From a virus (lineage: Duplodnaviria > Caudoviricetes), in the IMG/VR virus record IMGVR_UViG_3300017714_000004, positions 1,893 through 65,892 of that record: a stretch of 64,000 bases of DNA. The stretch is one strand, 5' to 3'. This document shows positions 1-10,345 of this stretch, one piece after another. Position 1 is the first letter of the stretch; each line of letters begins with the position of its first letter. Under the pieces are notes generated by a model. The model searched no databases. It was not told the DNA's origin and saw only the letters and a program-made list of their open reading frames with translations. The position numbers and the translations under genes were made by a program.

Positions 1-689
1 TTGTGTGCTAGTTTCAACAAGCGGGTCTGACCGTTCCATTCAGTAACCTCTCCTTCCATAACATAGTCTGCAAAGGTTTGGGTCACCACTTCTCCAATGG
101 CATAATGCTGTTCTTCATTTTCTTCCGTCTCTGGTTCCATAGTTAATTCGTACTGGAATGCAGACTCTTCTTCTACTTGGTCTATCATAGGGATGCCAGT
201 GTCGAAATCTTCGTCTGAGAATTCGAATAACTCGCACTGCATACGGAATTGAGGTAGTTGTGATAACTGGTAGAAAGGAGTTTCTGTCTCGACTCTCTTT
301 ACCTCGAACAAAGACTCTGATAGAGGAAGGAATATTAAGTCACCTTCACGTGGACGGAACTCGTACTCAGAGAGGCGGTCTCCAATCAATTCTCTCCATC
401 GTCGACGTGCAATGACAAAGGTTGCTTGGTCTCGCAATTCGATACCAAATTTGGTGAACAGATCACCCTCTCCATCAAAAGCATCACCGTTCTCAATGTA
501 CACTTCTACTTTATATGCGTCTGAGAACTGAGACTGAATGCTGTCTAGGAATATGTCTTCTCTTTCGACAACCTCTCTTGGTAGGTAATATACATCCTGA
601 CCATAGAACTGGATTGATTCGATTAAAAGATCTTCATAGAGCGATTGTTCTGCTCTACTTTTTGTAGTGATATATGGATTGGTGGCCAT
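1..689 (-). CDS. 14: Neck protein gp14 (runs off the window start)
   Basis: Not in the ORF track. Hand translation from ATG at 689 gives MATNPYITTKSRAEQSLYEDLLIESIQFYGQDVYYLPRE...FTKFGIELRDQATF...PREGDLIFLP...FYQL, typical of gp14; it directly follows gp13. Confidence 0.9.
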   Translation of the reverse strand, partial: MATNPYITTKSRAEQSLYEDLLIESIQFYGQDVYYLPREVVEREDIFLDSIQSQFSDAYKVEVYIENGDAFDGEGDLFTKFGIELRDQATFVIARRRWRELIGDRLSEYEFRPREGDLIFLPLSESLFEVKRVETETPFYQLSQLPQFRMQCELFEFSDEDFDTGIPMIDQVEEESAFQYELTMEPETEENEEQHYAIGEVVTQTFADYVMEGEVTEWNGQTRLLKLAH

Positions 690-692
690 GCT

Positions 693-1463
693 TTACCCCA
701 TAAAGAAGATTGGACCTTCATCTTCCTCGTTACGGAATTTCTCCATGATTTTCTCTATCTCTTGTAGAGAGTCTTCATAGATCTGACGAGCGTTGACTGT
801 AATACCGCCAGGCAAAGTCATACCATCAAATTTAGTTAGGTTTGTTCCCCATTGACGTTTAATCAATGCGGTTGAATATTCTTTGAGGAATCGATGATTC
901 CATAGCGAGTTATATTCGTTTACTGTTTCGTCTGGATTTCTAATACCGTAGACTTCAAATATTACATAGTCATCTAGTTTAAGATTCGTTTTAGAAACAT
1001 GTAAGTTAATTCTATTGTACTGTCGGTCAAAAGTAATTTGTGGATGACCGCCTAGTTTCATGTCCAATAATGATAGTTGTTGTTGCATCTGCTCGTAGTG
1101 TGCTAGATCACCCAATAGACCACCACCATTGGCGAAGTCACTAATGGTATGGGACATGAACTGCCACGAGTCACTGAACCATCCGTTGTGAGCATTACTA
1201 AAACTCATAGGGATCATTCTTACTACTGCACTTAGATCCAGACTGTCGCTTAAATCTACTGACTGGTTATCAATATCGGTCTGAGTCAATTGATGTTTTA
1301 GGTAATATCTCTTAGAACCGTCCGGATGATTTTCACGAAACCACTGTAATGCTTCGTCGATACGATCGTCGAGTTGTTCTTCATCGATATTAACTTCGAC
1401 TACCGGATGCCCTAGAGCACGAAGGCAGTAATCGATTAAATCTTCTCTACTTGTTGAATACAT
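693..1463 (-). CDS. 13: Neck protein gp13
   Basis: LIDYCLRALGHPVVEVNIDEEQLDDRIDEAL N-terminus and KRQWGTNLTKFDGMTLPGGITVN C-terminal motif of T4-like gp13. Confidence 0.93.
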   Translation of the reverse strand: MYSTSREDLIDYCLRALGHPVVEVNIDEEQLDDRIDEALQWFRENHPDGSKRYYLKHQLTQTDIDNQSVDLSDSLDLSAVVRMIPMSFSNAHNGWFSDSWQFMSHTISDFANGGGLLGDLAHYEQMQQQLSLLDMKLGGHPQITFDRQYNRINLHVSKTNLKLDDYVIFEVYGIRNPDETVNEYNSLWNHRFLKEYSTALIKRQWGTNLTKFDGMTLPGGITVNARQIYEDSLQEIEKIMEKFRNEEDEGPIFFMG

Positions 1464-1491
1464 GACTATAGTCCAATATTGGTTGCCTTAC

Positions 1492-1511
1492 TATTTATAC
1501 GTTTATTTATA
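1492..1511 (-). promoter_or_regulatory. Two tandem T4-type late promoters (TATAAATA)
   Basis: TATTTATA on the + strand at 1492-1499 and 1504-1511, just upstream of the gp13 start. Confidence 0.8.
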
Positions 1512-1525
1512 TCAAAAATAAATAT

Positions 1526-1551
1526 AAAAAAAGGGGACCGAAGTCCCCTTT
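1526..1551 (-). terminator. Rho-independent terminator with UUCG tetraloop
   Basis: Minus strand reads AAAGGGGAC-TTCG-GTCCCC-TTTTTTT, downstream of the 761-aa gene. Confidence 0.88.
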
Positions 1552-1573
1552 CATATCTTGGTCGAAACCTAGA

Positions 1574-3859
1574 TTAGTTTACAACTGTACCATTCACATC
1601 GTATACATCGATACGGTAGTGAGATGGAGCCTGTCCACCTAGTTCGTTTGCATCCGATGAAGATGCAACGTGTAGAGATGATGCAGTTTCTGCTTCATCA
1701 ATCTTAATCTCACCAGTAGTAGAGTTATAAGTGATACATAGACCACCAGATAGAGCTGTCTTAGTACGCTCTGGAGTCCAGTACTTATTAGTACTTCCTT
1801 CTGAGACGTTATCTGTATCCCATGCTAGGATTGCAGATGTAGATGACTCTAGAGAAGTCAATCGAGTACCGTGTCCAGCAACCGCACCTGTTAGAGTGCT
1901 GTCAGCAGATTGGAACTCAGCAACGATTTCTGCAAGAGAGTTTAGTGCAGTTGCGTCTGTGTTAGACAATACATTAGAAATCTGAGACTGTAGTCCAGCT
2001 TCCGCAGATGTCGCACGAGTTTCTTCAGCGTCAATCGAACTCTGTAGTGCGCTATCAGCAGAACTACGAGTAGATGCTTCTGCATCAATGTTTGCCTGTA
2101 GACCACTAACATCACCACCTGTAGAAGATGTCAATGCATCGATGTTAGACTGTAGAGTAGCCTCAGCACCTTCCGCACGTGACTTCTCAGTCGCAATTTC
2201 CGCAGAGTTAGCATTATCACCAGCGGTAATTGCAGCACCGTTGATGTTGATGTAGCCTAGAAGTTGTGAACCAAGGTTAGATCGAGTTGTTGCTTCTGCA
2301 TCAATGTTTGCCTGTAGTGCAACATCACCAGCACCACGTGCAGACTCTTCAGCAGTTAGGTCCGCTTCGAGTGCAGTGATGTTGTTCTCAGCAGTAGTCA
2401 ATCGACCACCGTTTGCCGTGATAACACCAGATAGGGATGCGTCAGCAGTTTCAAATGCAGATACAATCTCAACCAATGTGTCTAGAGACGCAGGGGAACC
2501 AGAAATAATAGTACTGACCTGATTCTGTAGACCAATGATGTCAGACTCTAAAGCAGCATCAGCAGAACTACGTGCAGATGTTTCTGACACGATGTTCGCA
2601 GCGTTAACTGCTTCTGCACTTGCCGCACGTCCTGCTTCCGCATTAATCTGTGCTTGTAGACCAGATACGTCACCGGACTGAAGTACTTCAAGAGCGTCTA
2701 TCTCTGCTTGTAGAGCTGCGTCAGCAGAACTACGTGTACTTGCTTCCGAACTAACGGCCGCAATTCGAGCAGCAACTTCTGCGTCATGATCAGTTTGACT
2801 TGCTTTGGTTCCAATGGATGTTGCTACTGTCGCAGAGAAGTTCGCGTCGTCACCAAGTGCCGCAGCTAGTTCGTTCAACGTATCCAATGCCGCAGGGGCA
2901 GCGTCTACAGTTGCCGCAACAACACCATCAACATATCCTTTGTTAGCAGCTTGTCCAACGTCTGTCGGAGTATCAACTCTAACATCCGAACCACTTAGCA
3001 TGACAATACCGTCTTGGAAGTCGAATGTTCCGCCAGGACCAGTAGCAGTTATTGAACCACCAGATGCAATCTGAAGTTGATCTGTTGCCAAACGGCCACT
3101 TACTAGATCGGTCCACTCATAGTCTGTACCAGTCCACTTGACGAATTCGCCAGCATTAGCAGTAGAAATGTTTAAGTGTTGATCGACCTCTGTCTTAGTG
3201 GCATTACCGAAACCACTACCAGTGATTGTTGACGAACCGAAGTTTACTATAGAACCTTCGAAATCGACAGTTCCCGTTTGAACTTTTAGGTCATCTGCTT
3301 CAATGTGATCAATGAATCCACGAGCAGCATAAACATCATTAGCGTTCTTGATGTTGTTACTATCCATGTCAAGTTCAGCAGTCATCTGAATATCAGTTGA
3401 ACCTGAAGATGTGCTGATACCAGAAGTACGTGAGTTTGCAGCAGCAATTGCCGCAGCGTTTGCTGCTTCAGCTGTAGTAGCACGAGTTTCTTCAGCGGTA
3501 ACTGACGCAGTTAATGTAGCAATGTCAGTTGGTGTTGCAACGCCGTTTGTTAGAGTAGTATTGATTGTTGCAATGTCAGATGCGTTCTGAGCAACAGAAC
3601 CTGTTAGAGTGCTGTCCGCACCTTCGAATGCAGTTACGATTTCTTGCAATGTATCCAGAGTTTCTGGAGACGTACCTAGAATCGCGGTAACTTGCGACTG
3701 TAGGTCCGCGATGTCAGCAGCAGTTAAACTTGCTACCGCATCTTGGATGGCCCCTGCGACAACCTTGCCGTCTGCGCCAATAACAGTAACGTCGTTGATT
3801 GATAGTTCTCCAACTATGTCAGCTCCGTTCTGAATTCTAAACTTTTTGTTAGTACTCAT
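1574..3859 (-). CDS. Acidic coiled-coil fibre/whisker protein (761 aa)
   Basis: Ala/Asp/Glu-rich helical repeats, four LD(T/S)LxE(I/L)xxA(F/L)-type motifs typical of phage fibres and a DTDNVSEGSTNKYWT motif; sits at the wac position upstream of gp13. Confidence 0.7.
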   Translation of the reverse strand: MSTNKKFRIQNGADIVGELSINDVTVIGADGKVVAGAIQDAVASLTAADIADLQSQVTAILGTSPETLDTLQEIVTAFEGADSTLTGSVAQNASDIATINTTLTNGVATPTDIATLTASVTAEETRATTAEAANAAAIAAANSRTSGISTSSGSTDIQMTAELDMDSNNIKNANDVYAARGFIDHIEADDLKVQTGTVDFEGSIVNFGSSTITGSGFGNATKTEVDQHLNISTANAGEFVKWTGTDYEWTDLVSGRLATDQLQIASGGSITATGPGGTFDFQDGIVMLSGSDVRVDTPTDVGQAANKGYVDGVVAATVDAAPAALDTLNELAAALGDDANFSATVATSIGTKASQTDHDAEVAARIAAVSSEASTRSSADAALQAEIDALEVLQSGDVSGLQAQINAEAGRAASAEAVNAANIVSETSARSSADAALESDIIGLQNQVSTIISGSPASLDTLVEIVSAFETADASLSGVITANGGRLTTAENNITALEADLTAEESARGAGDVALQANIDAEATTRSNLGSQLLGYININGAAITAGDNANSAEIATEKSRAEGAEATLQSNIDALTSSTGGDVSGLQANIDAEASTRSSADSALQSSIDAEETRATSAEAGLQSQISNVLSNTDATALNSLAEIVAEFQSADSTLTGAVAGHGTRLTSLESSTSAILAWDTDNVSEGSTNKYWTPERTKTALSGGLCITYNSTTGEIKIDEAETASSLHVASSSDANELGGQAPSHYRIDVYDVNGTVVN

Positions 3860-3892
3860 TAGTTTATACCTTTTAGAATATATTAGAGAAGT

Positions 3893-3915
3893 GGGGGTAG
3901 ACTGATTCTACCCCC
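3893..3915. terminator. Intergenic GC-rich hairpin (weak terminator or mRNA stabiliser)
   Basis: GGGGGTAGA-CTGAT-TCTACCCCC between the two fibre genes; the U-tract is poor. Confidence 0.5.
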
Positions 3916-3922
3916 GACGTTA

Positions 3923-6900
3923 TTATGCGTCGACGTATGTCGCAGATACAGATACTACCGCACCAGCGTCTACAGCCGTGTAAGTCAATTCAACACTTGA
4001 ACCGTTAACCTGTACGTCTGTGTCACCCAATAGTGAGGAACCAGTGTATAGGATACCATATTCAGTAATGAACGCGTTTGTGCCGTTGTGTATAACTAGA
4101 CATTCGCGAGTCTCGAACTCACCGTTCAATTCTGTAGTAACTACGTACTTAGCAGAACGATAAGTTGTCTTATTGAATGCAGAAACTACTGTAGCAGAAG
4201 TTCCGGCAACAACATCATTACCCTGTTCGAATACCTTGATGTTATCCGCAAGAGTCTCCAGACCGACAGACTTAGGATCAAGTACACCAACTGAGTTAGT
4301 AGACTGAGCGATAACAACCGCTTGTGTACCAACTGGAAGTGCAGCGTTGAACGTGATAGTCTGGTTAGCAGCATCAATCGAGTAGTGAACCGATGGATCC
4401 TGAATAACACCACCAACGAATACGATCGCGTTCTGATCTTGCGTGTAGAAGTTCAGAGCGAAAGTAGACTGCGCACCGTCACCAGACATAGTCTGACGTT
4501 GTGCGTTGTTGAATGCCAACTGAGTTGGATCTTGTAGAGACATTCCGTCTAGAGTGTTATTTACACGTAATACGTAACCGTTCTTACCGTCGTATGCTGT
4601 ATCAGATACGTCTGCTAGTTCCAACATGGTCTTAGCAGTGTCGATTGAGAATACACCAGTTGATTGGTCGTATGACGCTTTACCAGCACCAGCGACATCT
4701 GTTAGAGATACTGAAGCGCGAGCAAGTGCATCGCTGAAGAACTTCTTAGTACCTTCTACTAGATCGTCTGTAGAGAACTGTGAGATATGCTGTGCAGCAA
4801 GACCCGCATCCATCTGACCTTTGTTCACTGCATCAGCAGCGTCAGTACCAGTTGCAACACCGGAAACTTTGTTTCCACCCATTGCTAGGTCGCCAGTCAT
4901 TGAATCGCCAGACCTCTGGACACGTCCATCAATCTGAGTTTGTAGTGCGGCATCAGCAGCAGCGAACTCACCACGGACTGCATTATCACCAGCGACTCGA
5001 TCAGTAATTTCCTGAGCAAGACCTGAAGCGTTAGTTGCGATATCCGTCTGGTTCTGAGCAACTAGACCAGCAAGAGAACCGTCTGCGCTTTGGAAAGCGG
5101 CAACGATTTCTGTCAATGAATCTAGAGCGGCAGAGTCAGTGTTCGAAGTGATGAAATCGATTTGAGTCTGTAGTGAACCTTCAACACCTTGCGCACGACT
5201 TGCCTCATCTGAGATAGCAGTTGCGTTAGTGGTGATTAGTACACCTAGAGCAGCTTCAGCGTCCGACGCACGAGTTACTTCACCAGATAGGTTAGTTGTT
5301 AAAACACCTTCTGCGGCAGTTGCACGTACGACTTCAGCGTCGATTTGTGATTGTAGGTTGTTAACTTGTGAGTTACGAGTTGTATCAACCGCTTTGATTG
5401 CAGCGTCTAACTTCTTGTCTGCATCTGTTAGAGATGAAGATAGGTCAATGTAGTTAGTACCACTTGGAGCAGCGTATGTTCCGTCTGCGTTGACACCAGC
5501 GGCAATCTGTGTTGCAGTCATCTCTGTCTCAAGTACAGTAGTACGTGAGTCTAGAGCGTTATCAGCATTTGCACGAGTAGTTGCTTCAGTAGTGATCTTA
5601 CCGTCTAGTACGTTATCTGCGTTTTCACGTAGAGTTGCTTCGTTAGCAACGATACCGTCTGCGTAAAGTTTTGCTGCAGCTTCTGCGTCATCTGCTTCGT
5701 TTTCTGCGTAAGTTTGTGCAGATGCAAGAACAACTGCGTCACGTGCGATGTAGTCTGCTTGATCTGTGTTACGATCAGCAGCTAGATCAATACGGATCTG
5801 ACTGTCAGCAGCGATGCGGTCAGCAATTTCAGAAACAAGTGCGTCTGAATCTGCATCTGCACGAGCAACAGCAGCCGCAAGACCAGATGTATTAGTATCT
5901 GTCTCACCGTGTACTTCGTTGATTGCACCAACTAGAGTTTGAGCAACTGTGTCTAGAACTTCTGAAGAAGAACCGATCTTAGCTTCTAGAGAATCGATGT
6001 CTGATTCGTTAACTGTTAGACGACCACCTTGTAGAGCCTGTTCAGTTTCTAGTGCACCAGCACGAGTTTCTAGAGAAGTCGCACGACCTTCGACAGCGTC
6101 CATTTCAACTTCTAGAGTACCAACACGACCTGTGTTAGAATCTGCTTGACCGTGTAATTCGTTTACGGCTGCAGTTACGTCTGTAGCAACTGTTAGAAGA
6201 GTTGAAGTACCCATCTGAGTCTGTAGTGTATCTACGTGACCTTCTTCTGTAGTCATTCGTGACTCTAGGGAAGTTGCACGTCCTTCTACTGTATCCATTT
6301 CAGATTGTAGAGTATCGACATTGGCTTCTTCTGTAGTAACACGAGCTTCTAGAGAAGTTAGATCAGCAGCTTCGCCATCGATCTCTGAGTGCAGTTCGTT
6401 GATTGCAGCAGAGATGTTAGTAGCGACAGTTGCCAACGTTGCAGAACCTTGCTTGGCTTGCAGTGCGTCAATTTCACTTTCGTTAACTGTTAGACGACCA
6501 CCCTGTGCTGTTTGCTCAGTTTCGAGATCAGTAGCACGAGTCTCTAGTGCAGTTGCACGTCCTTCTACTGCGTCCATTTCAGACTGTAGAGTATCAACAT
6601 GTCCTGCTTCGACATCTAGTTCAGAGTGTAGTTCGTTGATTGCAGCAGTAGTAGTTCCAGCTACAGTTTGTAGAAGTGTAGAACCAACTTTCGCTTCTAG
6701 TGAATCAATGTCTGATTCATTTACTGATAGACGACCGTCTTGTTCTACGTCTTTTGCTTCAGTAGAAGTTGAGCGACTTTCTAGTGCAGTTGCACGAGCT
6801 TCAACGTCAGTTGCACGTACTTCTAGTGCATCGATGTCTGTTTCAGCAGTAGTCAATCGACCAGAGTTTGAATCAATGATACCCTGAATGTCTGAGTCCG

Positions 6901-9838
6901 CATCTTCAAACGCAGCTACGATTTCTTGTAGAGTGTCTAGAGTCTGTGGAGATGTACCGATGATTGCATCGACTCGACCTGTTACGGTGTCAACGTCTGT
7001 GCGGATTCCACCTTCAATACCAGTGGCACGAACGATTTCCGCATCCAACTGTGATTGTAGGTCTGTAACGTCACCAGCTTGTAGGTTTTGTAATGCAAGA
7101 ATGTCAGAATCGTTTGAAGTGACTTGTGCTTGAACACTATCCACGTCAGTACGTAGACCACCTTCAATACCAAGTGCACGGTTGCGTTCTGCAATAATCG
7201 CGTTTTCATTTACTAGTTCAGCAGCTGTTGCACGAATAACTTCAGCAGTGATTTGTGCTTGGTTGTCTGAGTGATCAGCAGCTTGCAATACTTGTAGAGC
7301 AAGAATGTCTGAATCATTTGCAGTGATTTGTGATTGGTTAGAATCAACGTCTGTACGTAGACCAGCTTCGACACCAGTTGCACGTGTAGTTTCTGCTGCA
7401 ATTGCTGTTGCGTTTACTAGTTCTGCGGCAGTTGCACGTACGACTTCTGCGTCGATTGCGTCTTGTAGATCGTCAACATCACTACCTACTAGGTTCTGTA
7501 GAGCAAGGATGTCTGAGTCGTTACCAGTTACTTGAGTTTGTAGAGAATCTACAGAAGTCTGTAGACCTGCTTCAACACCACCGGCTCTTGCAGTTTCAGC
7601 AAGAATCTGTGCTTGTAGATCGGAATCTACTGCGTTGAAGTCGTCTTCTACTAAGTCCAAACGAGTGCTTAGAGCACCTTCAGCGGCAAGTGCACGAGTA
7701 CGTTCTACTACGATGTTACCAGCGTTAGTTGAAACTCCTGAAGTGTTTGTGTTAGTGTCTGTACGTAGACCAGCTTCTACCGCTTCTGCACGTTGCTTTT
7801 CAGTAACGACTGCTGCTGCGTTAGTTGCTTCAACACCAGATGCACGTAGAATTTCTGCATCCAATTGGTCTTGTAGGTCATCAACGTCGATTGTAGTGTT
7901 TGCATTCAATGCATCGATCTGACCTTGTAGGTTAGTATCGCCTGATGCACGAGCAACTTCTTCTGCACGTAGATCGGTTTCATTCTGTGAAGAAAGAACC
8001 TGAACTGCGTCCATCTCGCCTTCTAGTACAGTAGTACGTAGAGCGACTGCTTCTTCGGCAGCTTCAGCACGTGCTTTTTCAATTGCAACTTCTGCATCTG
8101 TGTAAGCAAATGATTGAGACTTAACAGTTTGGATGCGAGAAGTAACAGTGTTACCTACAGTCCCGTCAACCGATGCGTCACCGATTAGAGCAGCGTCTTG
8201 CGCGTCAGCATGTGCCTGAGCAGCTGCTTGATGTGAATCTGCCTCTGCGTCTGTGTATGCTTTTGCAGCTGCAAGAACGTCGTCTGTATCAACTTGTAGA
8301 TCAACTACTAACTGATCAATCTGAGACTGTAGACCAGTGTCAGCGGTTGAACGAGTTGATGCTTCAGTGTTGATGTTAGTTTGTAGAACACCTTCCGCTG
8401 TTTCTGCACGTAACTTCTCAGTTGAGATTGCAGTAGTGTTAGACGATACTAGTGCAGAGATGTCGCTGTCTGCGTCTTGGAACGCACCAACGATTTCTGT
8501 TAGTGAGTCTAGAGCAGCTGGATCAGTGTTGTTTGTGATGAAGTCAACTTGTGATTGTAGGTTTGCGTCACCAGCAATACGAGCAGCTTCTTCTGTATCG
8601 ATGTTACCCTGTAGAGTAGTATCACCCGCAGCACGGTCAATAAGTTCTTGATCGATACGTGCGTTGATGTCTGAGTCTTCAGCGATTCGTGCAGAGTTTT
8701 CGATTGCTACAGAGTTGCTTGCTTCGATGATTGCTTCTGCTTTTGCAGTTGCGATGCGATCAGTAACAGTATTACTAGTAGTACCGTCTACAGTTGCATC
8801 TCCAACAAGAAGATCATCATGTGCCTTTGCAGATGCTAGAGTAGCAGCGTCACCGGCAATAATATCTGCACCTAGATCGGTACGGACTTGTGTGTCAGCA
8901 ACAGCACGTGCAAGAATTTCATCTGTGATGTTCTGCGCGTTTGCAGCTTCTGCACCAGTAGCACGAGTAATTTCAGAGTCTAAACGACCTTCGATTCGTA
9001 CTTCTTCATTAGTTGCACGAGTAACTTCAGCAGTAATCTGATTCTGTAGAGAAGTCGATAGACCTTCTTCAGTAGAGATTCGAGCAGCAAGTGCCGATTC
9101 TGCTTGTGTTGCACGAGTCGTTTCTTGACCAATCTGTACAGCAAGTGCTGATTCCGCAGATTGTGCACGTGCAATTTCTACACTTACACGGTCATTGATT
9201 TCTGTTTCTTTATTGACTGCGCGAGTTACTTCATTGCTGATTGCTGAAGAGTTTGCAATGATTGAAGCGGATAGTGCGTCATCAGCATCTTGGAATGCTT
9301 CAATGATTTCTGCGAACGAGTCTAATGCAGCTGAATCAGTGTTGTTTAGTAGTAAATCAATACGACCAGACAATACACTATCAGCAGACTGATAGGCTAC
9401 TTCGATAGAATCTTCACGTGCCTTTGCACGTACTTCTTCTGCATCAATGTTTGCTTGCAATGCAACGTCTGCCAAACCACGTGTAGAGGCTTCAGCGTCA
9501 ATGTTAGATTGTAATAGTGTTTCTGCTACTGTCGCACGATTAGTTTCTACTGCTACCGCACTTGCGATATCAGCTGCAACAGCAGTCTTAGCTCTTTCAG
9601 GTGTGAAATATTGGTTAGCCCCTTCTTGCAAGTCGTCCGTAGAGAACGATGCGAAGAACGCGTCTGCACCAATCTTCTTTAATGAGTCTGTACCGACATC
9701 ATATAGAAGGGTGAAACACGATGATGGATCTACCATACCTGTAAGGGTTGATTGTCCCTGTACCGCACTTTCGTCAAGCTTGGTATTGATTACCGCCTTG
9801 TCCGCTAGAGCAGGGGATTTAATCTGCCTAAATGCCAT
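3923..9838 (-). CDS. Giant acidic coiled-coil fibre protein (1971 aa)
   Basis: Long heptad-like AEVTRATAAE/LQSQID repeats, four LD(S/T)xxEI(V/I)xAF motifs, four A(I/V)NE(L/V)H motifs, STDDLxEG motifs and beta-rich C-terminal domains. Confidence 0.72.
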   Translation of the reverse strand: MAFRQIKSPALADKAVINTKLDESAVQGQSTLTGMVDPSSCFTLLYDVGTDSLKKIGADAFFASFSTDDLQEGANQYFTPERAKTAVAADIASAVAVETNRATVAETLLQSNIDAEASTRGLADVALQANIDAEEVRAKAREDSIEVAYQSADSVLSGRIDLLLNNTDSAALDSFAEIIEAFQDADDALSASIIANSSAISNEVTRAVNKETEINDRVSVEIARAQSAESALAVQIGQETTRATQAESALAARISTEEGLSTSLQNQITAEVTRATNEEVRIEGRLDSEITRATGAEAANAQNITDEILARAVADTQVRTDLGADIIAGDAATLASAKAHDDLLVGDATVDGTTSNTVTDRIATAKAEAIIEASNSVAIENSARIAEDSDINARIDQELIDRAAGDTTLQGNIDTEEAARIAGDANLQSQVDFITNNTDPAALDSLTEIVGAFQDADSDISALVSSNTTAISTEKLRAETAEGVLQTNINTEASTRSTADTGLQSQIDQLVVDLQVDTDDVLAAAKAYTDAEADSHQAAAQAHADAQDAALIGDASVDGTVGNTVTSRIQTVKSQSFAYTDAEVAIEKARAEAAEEAVALRTTVLEGEMDAVQVLSSQNETDLRAEEVARASGDTNLQGQIDALNANTTIDVDDLQDQLDAEILRASGVEATNAAAVVTEKQRAEAVEAGLRTDTNTNTSGVSTNAGNIVVERTRALAAEGALSTRLDLVEDDFNAVDSDLQAQILAETARAGGVEAGLQTSVDSLQTQVTGNDSDILALQNLVGSDVDDLQDAIDAEVVRATAAELVNATAIAAETTRATGVEAGLRTDVDSNQSQITANDSDILALQVLQAADHSDNQAQITAEVIRATAAELVNENAIIAERNRALGIEGGLRTDVDSVQAQVTSNDSDILALQNLQAGDVTDLQSQLDAEIVRATGIEGGIRTDVDTVTGRVDAIIGTSPQTLDTLQEIVAAFEDADSDIQGIIDSNSGRLTTAETDIDALEVRATDVEARATALESRSTSTEAKDVEQDGRLSVNESDIDSLEAKVGSTLLQTVAGTTTAAINELHSELDVEAGHVDTLQSEMDAVEGRATALETRATDLETEQTAQGGRLTVNESEIDALQAKQGSATLATVATNISAAINELHSEIDGEAADLTSLEARVTTEEANVDTLQSEMDTVEGRATSLESRMTTEEGHVDTLQTQMGTSTLLTVATDVTAAVNELHGQADSNTGRVGTLEVEMDAVEGRATSLETRAGALETEQALQGGRLTVNESDIDSLEAKIGSSSEVLDTVAQTLVGAINEVHGETDTNTSGLAAAVARADADSDALVSEIADRIAADSQIRIDLAADRNTDQADYIARDAVVLASAQTYAENEADDAEAAAKLYADGIVANEATLRENADNVLDGKITTEATTRANADNALDSRTTVLETEMTATQIAAGVNADGTYAAPSGTNYIDLSSSLTDADKKLDAAIKAVDTTRNSQVNNLQSQIDAEVVRATAAEGVLTTNLSGEVTRASDAEAALGVLITTNATAISDEASRAQGVEGSLQTQIDFITSNTDSAALDSLTEIVAAFQSADGSLAGLVAQNQTDIATNASGLAQEITDRVAGDNAVRGEFAAADAALQTQIDGRVQRSGDSMTGDLAMGGNKVSGVATGTDAADAVNKGQMDAGLAAQHISQFSTDDLVEGTKKFFSDALARASVSLTDVAGAGKASYDQSTGVFSIDTAKTMLELADVSDTAYDGKNGYVLRVNNTLDGMSLQDPTQLAFNNAQRQTMSGDGAQSTFALNFYTQDQNAIVFVGGVIQDPSVHYSIDAANQTITFNAALPVGTQAVVIAQSTNSVGVLDPKSVGLETLADNIKVFEQGNDVVAGTSATVVSAFNKTTYRSAKYVVTTELNGEFETRECLVIHNGTNAFITEYGILYTGSSLLGDTDVQVNGSSVELTYTAVDAGAVVSVSATYVDA

Positions 9839-9910
9839 TAGGTTATCTCCTAGGTTGTGTTTTATGAGGTTGTTTTAGAATTGTAATATAATTAAACGTT
9901 TAATAATATA

Positions 9911-10270
9911 CTAACGAAATTTGATATAGATGTCCGTTCCGGCTGGAGGGATTTCAAAGAATTGTATAGTATTGCCAATGGTTTCATAAATCTCTTCAGG
10001 ATGCTGAAGAACATCATTTACCCATACATCAATCAAGTCATCGCGAGTCGGTATACCATTTAACTCGAATAGTGCAGTGTCGCCCACAGCAGTGATCGAT
10101 TGTGCTTCAGGAATCACTGTACGGTCATTGGTTGATGATGAGGTACCTTCAATATAATCAAACAAATTTGTCTCTTGTCCAGGCGTGACAGATACTTCAT
10201 CTTGCTTTTGTTTAGCCAAGTTGAATAAACTTTCTGCGAGAACCCTATTAAAAGATTTGTTGTTGATCAT
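9911..10270 (-). CDS. Small virion structural protein (119 aa)
   Basis: C-terminal DVWVNDVLQHP...TIQFFEIPPAGTDIYI resembles the VFVGGVIQDP...TITFNAALPVGT domain of the 1971-aa fibre; it has its own late promoter. Confidence 0.6.
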   Translation of the reverse strand: MINNKSFNRVLAESLFNLAKQKQDEVSVTPGQETNLFDYIEGTSSSTNDRTVIPEAQSITAVGDTALFELNGIPTRDDLIDVWVNDVLQHPEEIYETIGNTIQFFEIPPAGTDIYIKFR

Positions 10271-10306
10271 ATTGATGTAATACTAAGGATGGTTAATATA
10301 CCCTTT

Positions 10307-10314
10307 TATTTATA
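10307..10314 (-). promoter_or_regulatory. T4-type late promoter
   Basis: TATTTATA on + (TATAAATA on -), about 37 nt upstream of the ORF starting at 10270. Confidence 0.8.
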
Positions 10315-10345
10315 CATGAAATGTTCTTTGCTTTGAAGATTTATT

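Noticed and set aside
1731-9878. Many plus-strand Ser/Ala-rich ORFs opposite the coiled-coil fibres
   Set aside because: They are antisense shadows caused by biased codon usage in the real minus-strand genes.
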